Assembly (NCBI GenBank): GCA_965237955.1
Contig: OZ250169.1
Location: 7,136,001 to 7,200,000, forward strand
Reading direction: 5' to 3'
Origin: Candidatus Marinacidobacterales bacterium
GTDB lineage: Bacteria > Acidobacteriota > Vicinamibacteria > Marinacidobacterales > SMYC01
Length of the DNA stretch: 64,000 bases
Of the stretch, positions 29,628 to 39,583 are shown in pieces (the stretch's first letter is position 1; every line of letters begins with the position of its first letter). The notes below the pieces were generated by a model that was given only the letters and a program-made list of their open reading frames with translations, searched no databases and had not been told where the DNA came from. The position numbers were made by a program, and so were the translations under genes.

Positions 29628-30542
29628 GTGAACACAATCGCCACCAAGACCCAGCTTCCGGTCCAGCAGATCGTTCAGTGGTGCGGGATCGCTCGGGGCA
29701 AGTTCTACGACTGGCGCAAGCGGTACGGGAAGGTGAATGAGCACAACGGCCTGGTGCCGCGGGATCACTGGATCGAAGAATGGGAGCGCCAGTCCGTGAT
29801 CGACTACTTCGACTGCCACCCACTGGACGGGTATCGCCGACTCACGTTCATGATGCTGGACGAAGACGTGGTGGCAGTTAGCCCCTCGACGACGTACCGG
29901 GTGTTGTCGAAGGCGGGTCGTCTGGACCGTTGGAACCCGAAGCCGTCGAAGAAGGGAACGGGCTTCGTTCAGCCGCTGCGAGCGCACCAGCACTGGCACA
30001 CGGATATCTCGTACTTGAACCTGGGTGGGACGTTCTACTACCTCTGCTCGTTTCTGGATGGTGCGAGCCGCGCGGTGGTTCACTGGGAGATTCGTGAGTC
30101 GATGACGGAAGCGGATGTGGAGTGCATCTTGGAGCGAGCAAAGGAGCGGTACCCCGATGCGCGGCCTCGAATCATCTCGGACAACGGTCCGCAGTACATC
30201 GCGAAGGACTTCAAGGCATTCATCCGCATCTCAGGGATGACGCACGTGAGGACCGCGCCGTACTACCCGCAATCGAACGGGAAGATCGAGCGTTGGCACA
30301 AGACGATAAAATCGGACGCCCTGCGTCCTGCCAGCCCCACGAGCCTCGAAGAGGCTCGCCGCTTGATGGAACGATTCGTCGAATATTACAACGGGGTTCG
30401 CCTGCACAGCGCGATCGGCTACATTGCGCCGCTGGACTTCATGGATGGCAAGGCCACCCAGATCTGGTCGGAGCGAGACCGCAAACTCGAGCAGGCTCGG
30501 AAGCTGCGGCGTGAGCGCCGTGCGAACAAGGTGCCCGCATGA
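29628..30542 (+). CDS. IS3 OrfB DDE transposase
   Basis: WHTDISY, SDNGPQY, PQSNGKIER, RLHSAIGY; frame open from about 29559. Confidence 0.92.
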   Translation: MNTIATKTQLPVQQIVQWCGIARGKFYDWRKRYGKVNEHNGLVPRDHWIEEWERQSVIDYFDCHPLDGYRRLTFMMLDEDVVAVSPSTTYRVLSKAGRLDRWNPKPSKKGTGFVQPLRAHQHWHTDISYLNLGGTFYYLCSFLDGASRAVVHWEIRESMTEADVECILERAKERYPDARPRIISDNGPQYIAKDFKAFIRISGMTHVRTAPYYPQSNGKIERWHKTIKSDALRPASPTSLEEARRLMERFVEYYNGVRLHSAIGYIAPLDFMDGKATQIWSERDRKLEQARKLRRERRANKVPA

Positions 30543-30987
30543 ACACTCTGATCCCAGGAGCCCCACTCCGTTCCCTCTCGCCCACAAGCATTGAGTACCA
30601 GAGAGCGCAGGGGGCGTCAAGGGCGGCGAAGCCGGCGCGCGCAGCGCGCTTTACCCTTGACGCCCCCGAGCACTCTGGTACGATCCCTGGGGCGATAGGG
30701 GACATCCTGCCGCCGGGCGTTGCGTTAACGTCCAACCTCGCTGTCATCTTCACGCTGAACCAATACACCTCCTCTACCCAGTCAAGCTCATACTCTTCCA
30801 AGAATATGACTCGGTGCGATCCGTTCACGCTTTCAATGGATCCCACGTTACTAAACAAGGCGTCCATACGTTGGCTGAGGCGTTCGCGCTCTTCTGCGCT
30901 TTCAACAGGCCAAGACATGAATGCCACGCCAATTTGCGTGCGGTCAACCTCGAAATCGTCGCTTGCTTTTTGGCCTCTCCTGCCATT

Positions 30988-32208
30988 TCAGTGGATCCTC
31001 TCGAGGGTGAGACCGCCACAGTTTAGGTAGACGAGACTGATGAGAGCTTCGGCAGAGTGGAGTCCAAAGCTGCGGTGGCTCAGCAGCCGGATTTTGTTGT
31101 TCATTCCTTCGAGTCGGCCGTTGCTGAGTCTCCACGTGACCCACGCGATGACGCCATCGAAGTGGCTGCGGATCATCTTCGCCGCGCGTTTGACGGGCTC
31201 TATCCTCGAGCTCATAGCGCGCCGCAGCCATCCTCGGAGAAACTTCTTGGCCCATGTCTCGGTTTTGTAGGTGTAGAGGTCCATGAAGTCGTCGCGCAGA
31301 AGCATGGCGCGGTAGAGGCGACGATTAGCTCGCACCTGCTCGCGGAGCACCCGTTTGTCTTTCGCGCTGCGGTTGTGTTTGGCCTTGAGAAGGGGAAACT
31401 TGGTGTTCTTGAGGTTGCGCCGGGCAGTCCCTTTGAGCTCGCGCACCAGCTCGCGCCGGGTCTTATCCACGGCCTCGTTCAGATGCTTGACGATGTGGAA
31501 GCGGTCAAAGATCACCCGTGCCTGAGGAGCCTTTTTGCCGACGACAGTTATGTACGGCTCCCACATGTCCATGCTGACCGCTTCGAGCTCCGCGGCTCTT
31601 TGTGGTCCGAGCTTGCGGAAAAACCGCAGCAGCGTCTTGGCCTTGCGCTCCTTTCCCGCCCAGACGACCCGGCCGCTGAGATGGTCTATTACCACTGTTA
31701 AGTACTTGTGGCGTTTGCGGTAGCTGATCTCGTCCATCCCAATCACCCGCAATCCATCGAGCTCGCGCCGCTCATCCCGCTGCTCGGCAACCACTCGCTG
31801 GATGATCCGTCGCACCGAACGCCACGTCACTCGGAAATAGTTCGCTACGGCGCTGACGTCCGTCCTCTGTGCCAGCCACGCTACCTCTTGTTCGAAGCTT
31901 TTGGTAAAGCGGCTTCCCTTGTCTGCCCAAGGCACCTTTTCTCTGACCACTCCACACCGCCGACATACCACTCGTCGGATCGAGTAGCGAAGATAGGTCC
32001 GGACTCCGAACAGGTCCAAGTGCCGCCAGTAGCGATTGTAGCGATCTTTGTTCTTGCGGACCTTTCGTCCGCAAATCCCGCACAGAGGCTTCCTCCTCCG
32101 TGGTACTACATCCACCACCACTCTGGCTTTGTCCGCCTGGAAGTGGAAACCTCGGACCCACAGGCCTTGCAATCCGATGAGCTTGTTGACTAACGTAGTA
32201 ACGCGCAT
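30988..32208 (-). CDS. ISL3 transposase
   Basis: CxxC..CxxC zinc finger, IGMDE, SMDMW, FDRFH, SNGRLEGMNNKI. Confidence 0.95.
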   Translation of the reverse strand: MRVTTLVNKLIGLQGLWVRGFHFQADKARVVVDVVPRRRKPLCGICGRKVRKNKDRYNRYWRHLDLFGVRTYLRYSIRRVVCRRCGVVREKVPWADKGSRFTKSFEQEVAWLAQRTDVSAVANYFRVTWRSVRRIIQRVVAEQRDERRELDGLRVIGMDEISYRKRHKYLTVVIDHLSGRVVWAGKERKAKTLLRFFRKLGPQRAAELEAVSMDMWEPYITVVGKKAPQARVIFDRFHIVKHLNEAVDKTRRELVRELKGTARRNLKNTKFPLLKAKHNRSAKDKRVLREQVRANRRLYRAMLLRDDFMDLYTYKTETWAKKFLRGWLRRAMSSRIEPVKRAAKMIRSHFDGVIAWVTWRLSNGRLEGMNNKIRLLSHRSFGLHSAEALISLVYLNCGGLTLERIH

Positions 32209-32333
32209 CGCGGGAACGCTCTTTTCTCTTTCGGAAAAAAAGATTCTAGCGTTCTCGCCGATGCGCATCTACACATGGCTTACCCTCTCAACCCACGGGC
32301 CTCACCAAATGCCACTGCCCCTCAGCGGGAGAC

Positions 32334-32646
32334 GAGGCTGTGGGAAACGCCCCCACGGTTCTGGTCGTTCAGACCTTGCTCACGACTGAGTTCTCTTCGA
32401 AGCCTGGAAGGGCGTTTTCCATAGCCTCCACTAATCGAGCCCCCCCTTCCTTATTCCATATGAATTAATCTTTCTTGTATATATATCAGGAGGGGCCTGT
32501 GGGCGCTCGTGGGAAACGCGAAGCGTTTTCCAAGCGATTGTGGAAAACGCCGCTCCGCGTTTGTACGTGCTCACAACCTTTCCCTAAACGCCTCTCTCGC
32601 CCGGAGTTTCCGGCGTTTTCCACAATCGCGGCAGCGTCCATAGGCC
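32334..32646 (+). repeat. branched inverted-repeat region in the ISL3 leader (possible ncRNA or ssDNA structure)
   Basis: Stems 32334-32352/32410-32428, 32494-32507/32633-32646, perfect 19-bp 32534-32552/32611-32629, and a GCGAAGC-capped hairpin. Confidence 0.75.
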
Positions 32647-34038
32647 ATGCCCTCCAACACAAATCAGATCCCCCGAAACGACAGGAGAACCGCTTTTTGT
32701 TTCTCTGTTGGGAACGGCATGATTATCGTAATCGTCGATGGCGAGTTTATGAAGCTAACGCCTTCACTACGAAATGCCGCAACCGCTACGTTACTCGCCA
32801 GGCTAGCAATTGCGTTCTTCTCACTCTCACTAGCGGTCCCCCAATCAAGCTCCTGCTTGCTCGTTTTGGAACAGCCTACGCTTGCCGCCAGTAGTGTGCA
32901 AAACACCGCCACCACTCGGCGACGCCCGATTCGTCTTCGGCGTTCGTTTCGATTAGCCGTTTTCGGCATTCTTCTCTCTCTCTCTCTCTTCGCATCACAT
33001 CGTGTATCGGCCCGAATGAGCGTAGGATACACCTTCCGGGACCACCGCGAAAAAGGGTCGCGAAACCATTGTCCAGCGTCAACCGATATTCTCTGCCTCA
33101 CTAGACTAGGAATCGTGGTGCCTGCCATCGACTGTTGTCGTTACGCTGCCGCTTCATTTCGTCTCCCTCTGGATCAGAGGTGATTCGGTCCGCAGGTTCG
33201 TAGTTGACGTTACGGAGAAAGAACGTAATCGCTCGATACTTGAGTTGCCCGGAATAACCGTTCGTGGTGCGGACTATATCGATTCGTTGTGGAGCGGCAG
33301 CGCCCGGATGACGACGAATGGGAATCCGTAGGAAGTGTACCGATCCGGGTAATAGTCGACACTCAGCAGGTTTCGGAGGAAGAAACCTCGGCGGGTACCG
33401 CCGGCTCAAGCTCCAAGTAACTAGGTTGACCAAGAATAAAAGCGGCTCGATTCCGGAGAAGTGCGGCCCCGAACAGTCGAACGCGATCGCGCTGAAATGA
33501 AAGCGGCTCACACCCTCGCAATCAAAGCGATCTTTAGCCCACGAGTTGCATCCTGAGACATGAACGCCGGAGACTCTCCAGAGGACCGGCGATTGCGCTC
33601 GGAGAGTTGATACGAATCGTCGATATAACTAGTAAGTGAGCAGCAAAAGTATAGGTTATTCGGGTTCGAGTCGCTCGATATTGAGTATCGAGATCCCAGG
33701 CGAGACCGGCACTGCCGGATACGATGGTGTTGGGAGGGATGGATCACGCGGACGGCCGATATGAAGTGGGATCTCCGAGGGATATTGATATTGGGTGCGA
33801 AGGGCTGATCGGGTTCTTCTTTATCTGGGAGACCCCGCTCTCCGCCGCAGACGGACCGATCAGACGCCTCAGGACCAGCTTTCAAATAGTCAGTATCGTG
33901 AGGGCGACTAGGCGTACGAGAACGTCTAGATCCACCCTCTCGTTAGGGCCGCCAAACTCGCCAAGAGAGCTGACCCCAACGCGAAGGCACCGGCTGCCGC
34001 GAGTCGCTCTCGTCTCGTCCAACGATTCATCGTGCATC

Positions 34039-35646
34039 TCAATTCGACTCAGCGGGTTGGCGCGCGAAAGCGGCTCCGCGTACGACACGCCCCGCGCGTC
34101 TATCGGTGAGCTTCCCGTCGTCGACCATGAGCTCTCCGTTCACGAGCACGAAATCGAACCCCTCGCTGAACTCGTGCGGGTCTTCGAACGTGGCACGGTC
34201 CTGAACCCGTGCCGGATCGAAGACGACGAGGTCGGCGACGAATCCCTCCTGGACGAGGCCTCGGTAGCTCAAGCGAAATGTGCGCGCGGGAAGCGATGTC
34301 ATGCGCCGCACCGCGTCTTCGAGACTCAGGGTTTTCCGCTCGCGCACGAACTCGGCGAGGACGCGCGCGTTCGTTCCGTAGGAGCGCGGGTGCGGTCTGC
34401 CGACACCTTGCTGCTGCACGCCGCCGTCGCTGGCCACGGCGGTGTTGGGGTAGCGATAGATCGTCTCGACGTCATCGACGCTCATGTAGTGGTATACGAG
34501 AGACGCGCCGCCGTCGGCCATGAGCTCGAGGATCGTTTCCATCTCCGCCTCGACCGTGGGCTCGCGTCCTCGCTCGAGATTGACCTCGCTCAGGGTCTTG
34601 CCTTCGAGCGATGGATCGGGTGTGAATCGCGCAATCGTGGCGAAAGAAAAATCCTCGAAACCCAAATAGTCGAGCTTGTCGCGCATCTCGTCGAGGATGC
34701 GCGCACGTGTCTCCGGGTCGCGTAGTCGCTCACGAATCGCCTCGTCACCATCGGCGAGCGCCCAGCTGGGAAGGTTCACGGAGAGTCCCGTGCTCGCGCG
34801 CTCATAGGGGTAAGCGTCAATGACGACGTCGACGCCCTCTCGCCGGTACTGTTCGACGAGCTCGAGCGCACGGCCGATGGTGCCCCAGCGCTGCTTGCCT
34901 TTGATCTTGAAGTGCGAGATTTGAACCGGCATGCCCGCTTCGCGCCCGATGGTAGCCGCCTCTTCGATCGACGCGTGCAGATCGTCAGCCTGCTCGCGGA
35001 TGTGGCTCGCATAGACGCCGCCGTGGCGGGCGGCTGCGCGCGCGAGCTCGATCACTTCCTCGGTGTTGGCATAAGTACCAGGGATGTAGAGAAGTCCTGT
35101 GGACAAACCGATGGCGCCTTCCTTCATGGCGACGTCGACGAGGGACTGCATGTGCTCGAGCTCTTCGGCCCGCGCCTGGCGATTCGCCGTGCCCATGACC
35201 TCGCGGCGTATCGAGTTGTGTCCAATAAAGGTGGCCACGTTCAGCCCGAGGCCGAGCTCGTCGAGCTTCTGGAACCACGCGCCCACCTGGATCTCGGAGC
35301 TTCCGCAGTTGCCGGTAATGATGGTCGTAACCCCGTCGAGGAGGAAATTGTCTCCCCGCGGCGTCGCCTCGAGCCCCCCACGCCCGCTACGGGGCTCGAC
35401 ATGGGTGTGCACGTCGATGAAGCCAGGGGCGACGATGCGGTCTTGAACATCGATGATGCGCTCGGCGGTTGCTTCCTCGCCCGCGCCGACGAGCACGATT
35501 GTGCCGTCTCGGATGCCGACATCAGCGCGAAACCACGGATTGCCGGTGCCGTCGACGACGCGAGCGTTCACAAACAGGATGTCGTAGTCGGCGGCTTGGA
35601 TCGCCGGCGCCACGAGCGCGAACAAAGGCGTCAACAACAAGCGCAT
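34039..35646 (-). CDS. N-acyl-D-amino-acid deacylase (D-aminoacylase), secreted
   Basis: PGFIDVHTH, GNCG, STGLLYIPG, ISHFK, ASDG, HPRSYG; ATG 35646 with signal peptide. Confidence 0.93.
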   Translation of the reverse strand: MRLLLTPLFALVAPAIQAADYDILFVNARVVDGTGNPWFRADVGIRDGTIVLVGAGEEATAERIIDVQDRIVAPGFIDVHTHVEPRSGRGGLEATPRGDNFLLDGVTTIITGNCGSSEIQVGAWFQKLDELGLGLNVATFIGHNSIRREVMGTANRQARAEELEHMQSLVDVAMKEGAIGLSTGLLYIPGTYANTEEVIELARAAARHGGVYASHIREQADDLHASIEEAATIGREAGMPVQISHFKIKGKQRWGTIGRALELVEQYRREGVDVVIDAYPYERASTGLSVNLPSWALADGDEAIRERLRDPETRARILDEMRDKLDYLGFEDFSFATIARFTPDPSLEGKTLSEVNLERGREPTVEAEMETILELMADGGASLVYHYMSVDDVETIYRYPNTAVASDGGVQQQGVGRPHPRSYGTNARVLAEFVRERKTLSLEDAVRRMTSLPARTFRLSYRGLVQEGFVADLVVFDPARVQDRATFEDPHEFSEGFDFVLVNGELMVDDGKLTDRRAGRVVRGAAFARQPAESN

Positions 35647-35713
35647 CGCGGTAGCTCCTCTCAGGCTCCCTATTCTAACAGCCGGTGAAACGGTCGGGGA
35701 CGAGGATGGAGGT

Positions 35714-35885
35714 CTATGCGGACTGATAGTCCGCGAGCAGGGGCTCGGTCCCGTTGTCGTGCTCGAGGAGGCGGAGCGCGGCTTCGAGCACGGCGTGCTA
35801 TCGCTTGGCCTTACCAGGGACGTCGAGCGGATGCCCATGTCGAAACGGGACGTAAAGAGGAGGCGTGGGCGAGCTCGGGCAGCAT
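35714..35885 (-). pseudogene. remnant resembling the C-terminal part of GrdB/PrdB-like selenoprotein B family
   Basis: MLPELA, frameshift, LYVPFRHGHPLDVPG..*HAVLEAALRLLE; internal TAG at 35798-35800. Confidence 0.5.
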
Positions 35886-36082
35886 CAGTGCGCTCCTTGC
35901 CTGTTGGCGAAGACAGGGCAGTCTGCGACCGGCTGAGTAGGATATTTTGGTCGCGTGGGCTCCTCACACTTCAGAAACTGCGTGCCCCGTGTGCTCCCGA
36001 TGATGCGAAGGTGAACGCACCGGTGACACTGGCTGTCGGGGAACGGCCGCCGGCTGGTCGGTTGGTTAGTCACGGGAGGCAA
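35885..36082 (-). CDS. small 4-Cys hypothetical protein
   Basis: CHRCVH..RG..F..C..PKYP.QPV..C pattern; start may be GTG 36073. Confidence 0.65.
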   Translation of the reverse strand: MPPVTNQPTSRRPFPDSQCHRCVHLRIIGSTRGTQFLKCEEPTRPKYPTQPVADCPVFANRQGAH

Positions 36083-36498
36083 CAGCCTGTTCCCGGGGTG
36101 TGAAACCGGTTTCGTCTTGGGATGGAAGCCACGGTTAGGACTTACCCGCGGTTTCGGAGCCCGTCCTCGGGATCGTCTTCTCTGTCGCCGGTGCGCGGGC
36201 GTCTGAGAGCGGCCTTGCAGTGCTGGCGTCGGCGGTAGCTCTCGCCTTACTGATCGTCACCGACGGGTGAAGCAGGGCCGGCGAGGATGCCGCGATCACG
36301 ACCCGGCTGGAAGGATGTCTCTCAAGGCGCTCAGCCCCTGTTCGACGTCGCCGGCGAAGCCGACACTCATGATCCACGTGTGGGTGGGTTCCTTGTTCAA
36401 CTAGGTGCCGACCCCCTGCGTTCGGAGGTATGACAACGGATGTTTTTCGATAGTCTCTTATTCACATTGGAGCCCAACGTCTTGTCCGTCCCGAGGTC

Positions 36499-37278
36499 TT
36501 ACGTCTTGTCCTTCTTGTCTTTGATTTCCTCGAGCATTTTCGAGGCTTCCGCTTTGTGGGCTGGATCTTCCCACCACACTTGCGGTAATTCGATGCACGT
36601 TATGAGCTGTTCCCTAGCCTCTGAGTATCGCCCCAGTTCCTTCAGCGTTCGAGCATATTCCAGATGATGACCCGGCTTGGTTCCATCGATTTCTATAGCC
36701 TTCGCAAACATCTCCGCCGACTCCTCCACCGACGCACCCGGCGGCACTCCGCCATAGATTAGTTTGGCAAACGCCTTGAGCACCCAGCTGAGTGTCGCAA
36801 TGCTGTAATGCCAGCGACCGAGAATATGATAGGCGTTGTCGTCGTTGGGATCGATCTCGATCGCGCGTTCGGCCTCCTTTCTGACCTCTTTGGAAAGTCG
36901 AATTTGCGTCTTCCCTCCCTCGAACAGTGCGAGCTGGCCTAGGCACCGGGCGAGGACGAAATGCGCTTCTGCTGCGTCTGGATACAGCTCGACCACCTTG
37001 CGGGCGAGACCGTCACCCTGCACGTACAGCTCTTTCGCTTTCCTCCTGTCAACTTTCTCCAAGCTCTTGCCAACATCTGCGTACGCGCGCGCTCCCTTCC
37101 ACAGCGCCTCGTAGCTGCTCGAGTCTCCTTCGAGCGCCTTGAGGTAGTGCATTAACGCCTCCTCGTTATCGGAGCGAGCATACGCTTTGTCTCCGAGAGC
37201 AATCTCCTCGGAAGGTTGGGCGTCCAGAGTCTGCCCGCAGGCGAGAAGCATGACCAAACCCAGTAACCAAATCACCAC
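36499..37278 (-). CDS. secreted TPR protein, regulator-of-microtubule-dynamics (RMDN)-like
   Basis: Signal peptide after GGGAGG; LGRWHYSIATLSWVLKAFAKLIYGGVPP.AS.EE....F.KA motif. Confidence 0.8.
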   Translation of the reverse strand: MVIWLLGLVMLLACGQTLDAQPSEEIALGDKAYARSDNEEALMHYLKALEGDSSSYEALWKGARAYADVGKSLEKVDRRKAKELYVQGDGLARKVVELYPDAAEAHFVLARCLGQLALFEGGKTQIRLSKEVRKEAERAIEIDPNDDNAYHILGRWHYSIATLSWVLKAFAKLIYGGVPPGASVEESAEMFAKAIEIDGTKPGHHLEYARTLKELGRYSEAREQLITCIELPQVWWEDPAHKAEASKMLEEIKDKKDKT

Positions 37279-37489
37279 GCACCTCCCTTCTCCGTCTGGT
37301 CGAAGCCGGCGGCGTCTATGGTAGATGAACGTTCTATCCCCGACAAATTGCCCGTTCGATCGCGAGCTCATTTTCGCGCGTCGCTCCAGAAACAAACCTC
37401 GCGGTTCGAAGCGAAGGGACGGGGGCTTCAGGTACCGACAAACAACTTCGGTTGCCCTTTCGCCATCGCGGTCACAGCAAGCAGCGGTG

Positions 37490-37690
37490 TGACCATGTTT
37501 TGAGCCGACCGTTCCCGTAGCGTCCGAGCTTGGAGTTGCCGCCGAGGTTTGTCGTGTAGTCTTCTCGAGGGCAGACCACTCGGTGTCGCCGGCACCCGCG
37601 AGGGCTGAAATATCTCGCTCTTGTCGATGACCGTCGATCTCGACAAGACCACGGAGCGCTCGATGATGTTCTCGAGCTCGCGTAGAGAAC
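37490..37690 (-). pseudogene. sigma-54 enhancer-binding protein C-terminal remnant
   Basis: RELENIIERSVVL followed by a decayed ALEKT segment. Confidence 0.65.
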
Positions 37691-37887
37691 GGAACTGTCA
37701 AGGGAACTCGGAACTAGTTCACCTAAGGGCCCCACGTCCCTTCCCGCAGAGACGGCGACTCATTTGCGCCTCCTCAGAGCGCCAACGAGGCGTTTGCGCC
37801 AGAATTCGGGGGCGGATAGCATCGCCCTACGCGTCACGTGCTATCTCTTCCGTGTATCATGAGGATCTCTCCAAGGGAGTCAGCCTC

Positions 37888-38934
37888 ATGAGGCTGGGTG
37901 CTATTCCTGAGAACATCCTCGAGAGGATCCTGATGCAGCTCGGTCTGCTGCCGGCTCCCCTTCTGGACACGCAAGTGGCGTACACATTGGCGCGCACCAT
38001 CATGTTGGGCGTCCATGCGGACGTCTTCGAAGCGCTCGCCTTGGAGGCTCTCACCGCAGAGGAAGTCTCGAAGCGGTGCGAGACGCATCCCGCCGCGACG
38101 AAGAAACTATTGAATGCTCTCGTGGGCGCGAGGTACCTTCGGAGCAACGGCGAAACGTACACTTTGACGACGGTTGCTCGGAAATGGCTCGTTCGGTCGA
38201 GCCCGCAGTCGCTCCGTGACAAGCTACTCATGCAGTTCCGGGAATGGGACTTCGTCGCATACTATGAGGAATTCCTAAGGACGGGAAAGCCGCTCAATAT
38301 CCATCAGTCACTTTCGGAGAAGGATTGGGAGGTTTACCAGCGTGGTATGCGGTCTCTGGCGGGAGTCTCGGCTCCCGAAGTTGCACGGCGGACCCCCGTG
38401 CCCCATGGCGCGCGGGACATGCTCGACATCGGAGGCTCACACGGCTACTACTCGGTGGCACTCTGTCGCCGCCACGCGGCTCTTCGTGCGGTCATTCTCG
38501 ATCTTCCCGAGGCTGTGACGCATGCTGAAAGAATCCTGGATAGAGAAGGAATGGGTGACCGGGTGATTCATCGCGCCGGCAACGCGGTGACGGAAGACCT
38601 CGGCAGCGAAGCCTGGGACGTGGTCTTTGTCGCCCAACTGTTGCATCACTTCGATGAACCGACGAACCGCGATCTGGCGCACCGCGTCGCTCGAGCTCTC
38701 CGTCCCGGCGGGGTTTTCGTGGTTCAAGAAATGATCCGACCTAGTTCCCCGCAGAGGGCCGGGCAAATCGGTGCCCTCCTCGATCTGTACTTCGCTGCCA
38801 CGAGCGAGGCCGGGACGTGGGCGGTCGAGGAGATCGTCACCTGGCAACGAGACGCCGGCCTAGTGCCCCGAAGGCCCACCTGGCTGCGCTCCTTGCCAGG
38901 AAGCGCTCAGCAGGTTGGTGTGAAACCCCGCTGA
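37888..38934 (+). CDS. class I SAM-dependent O-methyltransferase with dimerisation domain
   Basis: LDIGGSHG, LDLP, QLLHHF, ALRPGG; ATG 37888. Confidence 0.92.
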   Translation: MRLGAIPENILERILMQLGLLPAPLLDTQVAYTLARTIMLGVHADVFEALALEALTAEEVSKRCETHPAATKKLLNALVGARYLRSNGETYTLTTVARKWLVRSSPQSLRDKLLMQFREWDFVAYYEEFLRTGKPLNIHQSLSEKDWEVYQRGMRSLAGVSAPEVARRTPVPHGARDMLDIGGSHGYYSVALCRRHAALRAVILDLPEAVTHAERILDREGMGDRVIHRAGNAVTEDLGSEAWDVVFVAQLLHHFDEPTNRDLAHRVARALRPGGVFVVQEMIRPSSPQRAGQIGALLDLYFAATSEAGTWAVEEIVTWQRDAGLVPRRPTWLRSLPGSAQQVGVKPR

Positions 38935-39187
38935 CCCAGTGCTCGGCCGATCACTGCCGCTTACCGCCCCGCCCGGCGAAGCGGCCCAGAACTTCAAGGG
39001 TCATTCGACCCGGCCAACGTTGTCTAGTCGCATGTTTCAGAGGGCTATTCGTAACCTTATTAATGAGGAATCTAGCGGCCTGGGAGGAGGGGGTCCAACG
39101 GTAGGGAGGCTCCGCCGAGACGCCTCCTGGATGCAGAGAGCAGAATTTCGTGCCCCGGTCGGTCAATACCCGAGGGGGGTCGGGCGA

Positions 39188-39491
39188 CGTTCCAGCGACC
39201 AGGTAGATTCACCTGAAACCGAATCGCCGGTGGGATGAGACCGGAAACCCGACAATGCTCGGGGACGCCGACGGCAGCGGCGACAATCTCGGCCGTGACG
39301 ATGGTGTATTTCCACTGGGTGCGTGATCGGAGGGACTCGCACGTGCGCCGGGCGACGACGTCGGTACGCGTGTAGTGAACGCCGGACTCGTCGGCATCCA
39401 GAAAACTGTAGCCGTTTTGCGCGGTCCCCGCGCACGGCGTGAGCACGAAGACGGCTACCGAGAGCTAGTGGAGTTTTCGATTCTTACTCAC
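39188..39491 (-). pseudogene. tannase/feruloyl esterase N-terminal remnant
   Basis: CESL..PEHCRVSGLIPPAIRFQVNLPGRWN then truncation; TAG inside the signal peptide. Confidence 0.8.
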
Positions 39492-39583
39492 TTCACCACC
39501 AAAGGACACGGTCATTGTAGCACCGCACTCGTGGTTGGGCTGGCCGTCCGCCCGCGGGCCCGAGCGGAGACGAAGGGTGGGAG

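Larger units (their letters stand above)
29204..30767 (+). mobile_element. IS3 family element
   Basis: IRs TGTTTCGGTTCAGCTGGAACATGACAG / TGTATTGGTTCAGCGTGAAGATGACAG; 4-bp duplication CCTC. Confidence 0.95.
30973..32691 (-). mobile_element. ISL3 family element
   Basis: Imperfect IRs GCCTCTCCTGCCATTTC / GGTTCTCCTGTCGTTTC; 8-bp duplication GCTTTTTG (30965-30972 / 32692-32699). Confidence 0.93.
28865..32969 (-). pseudogene. SEL1-repeat lipoprotein split by IS3 and ISL3
   Basis: Removing both IS and one duplication each gives an 810-nt open frame: lipobox ASVGC...EKQKA|SDDF...WVEE|DASD...AWFRLG..DFVKAYYWVSRAA. Confidence 0.85.

Noticed and set aside
33130-34030. Decayed genes or a second attC (GTTAGGGC at 33942; LYLGDPAL peptide near 33820)
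   Set aside because: No paired L/R arms, and fragments too short to assign
38940-39190. Possible IS end or structured RNA after the methyltransferase
   Set aside because: No partner IR, duplication or convincing fold
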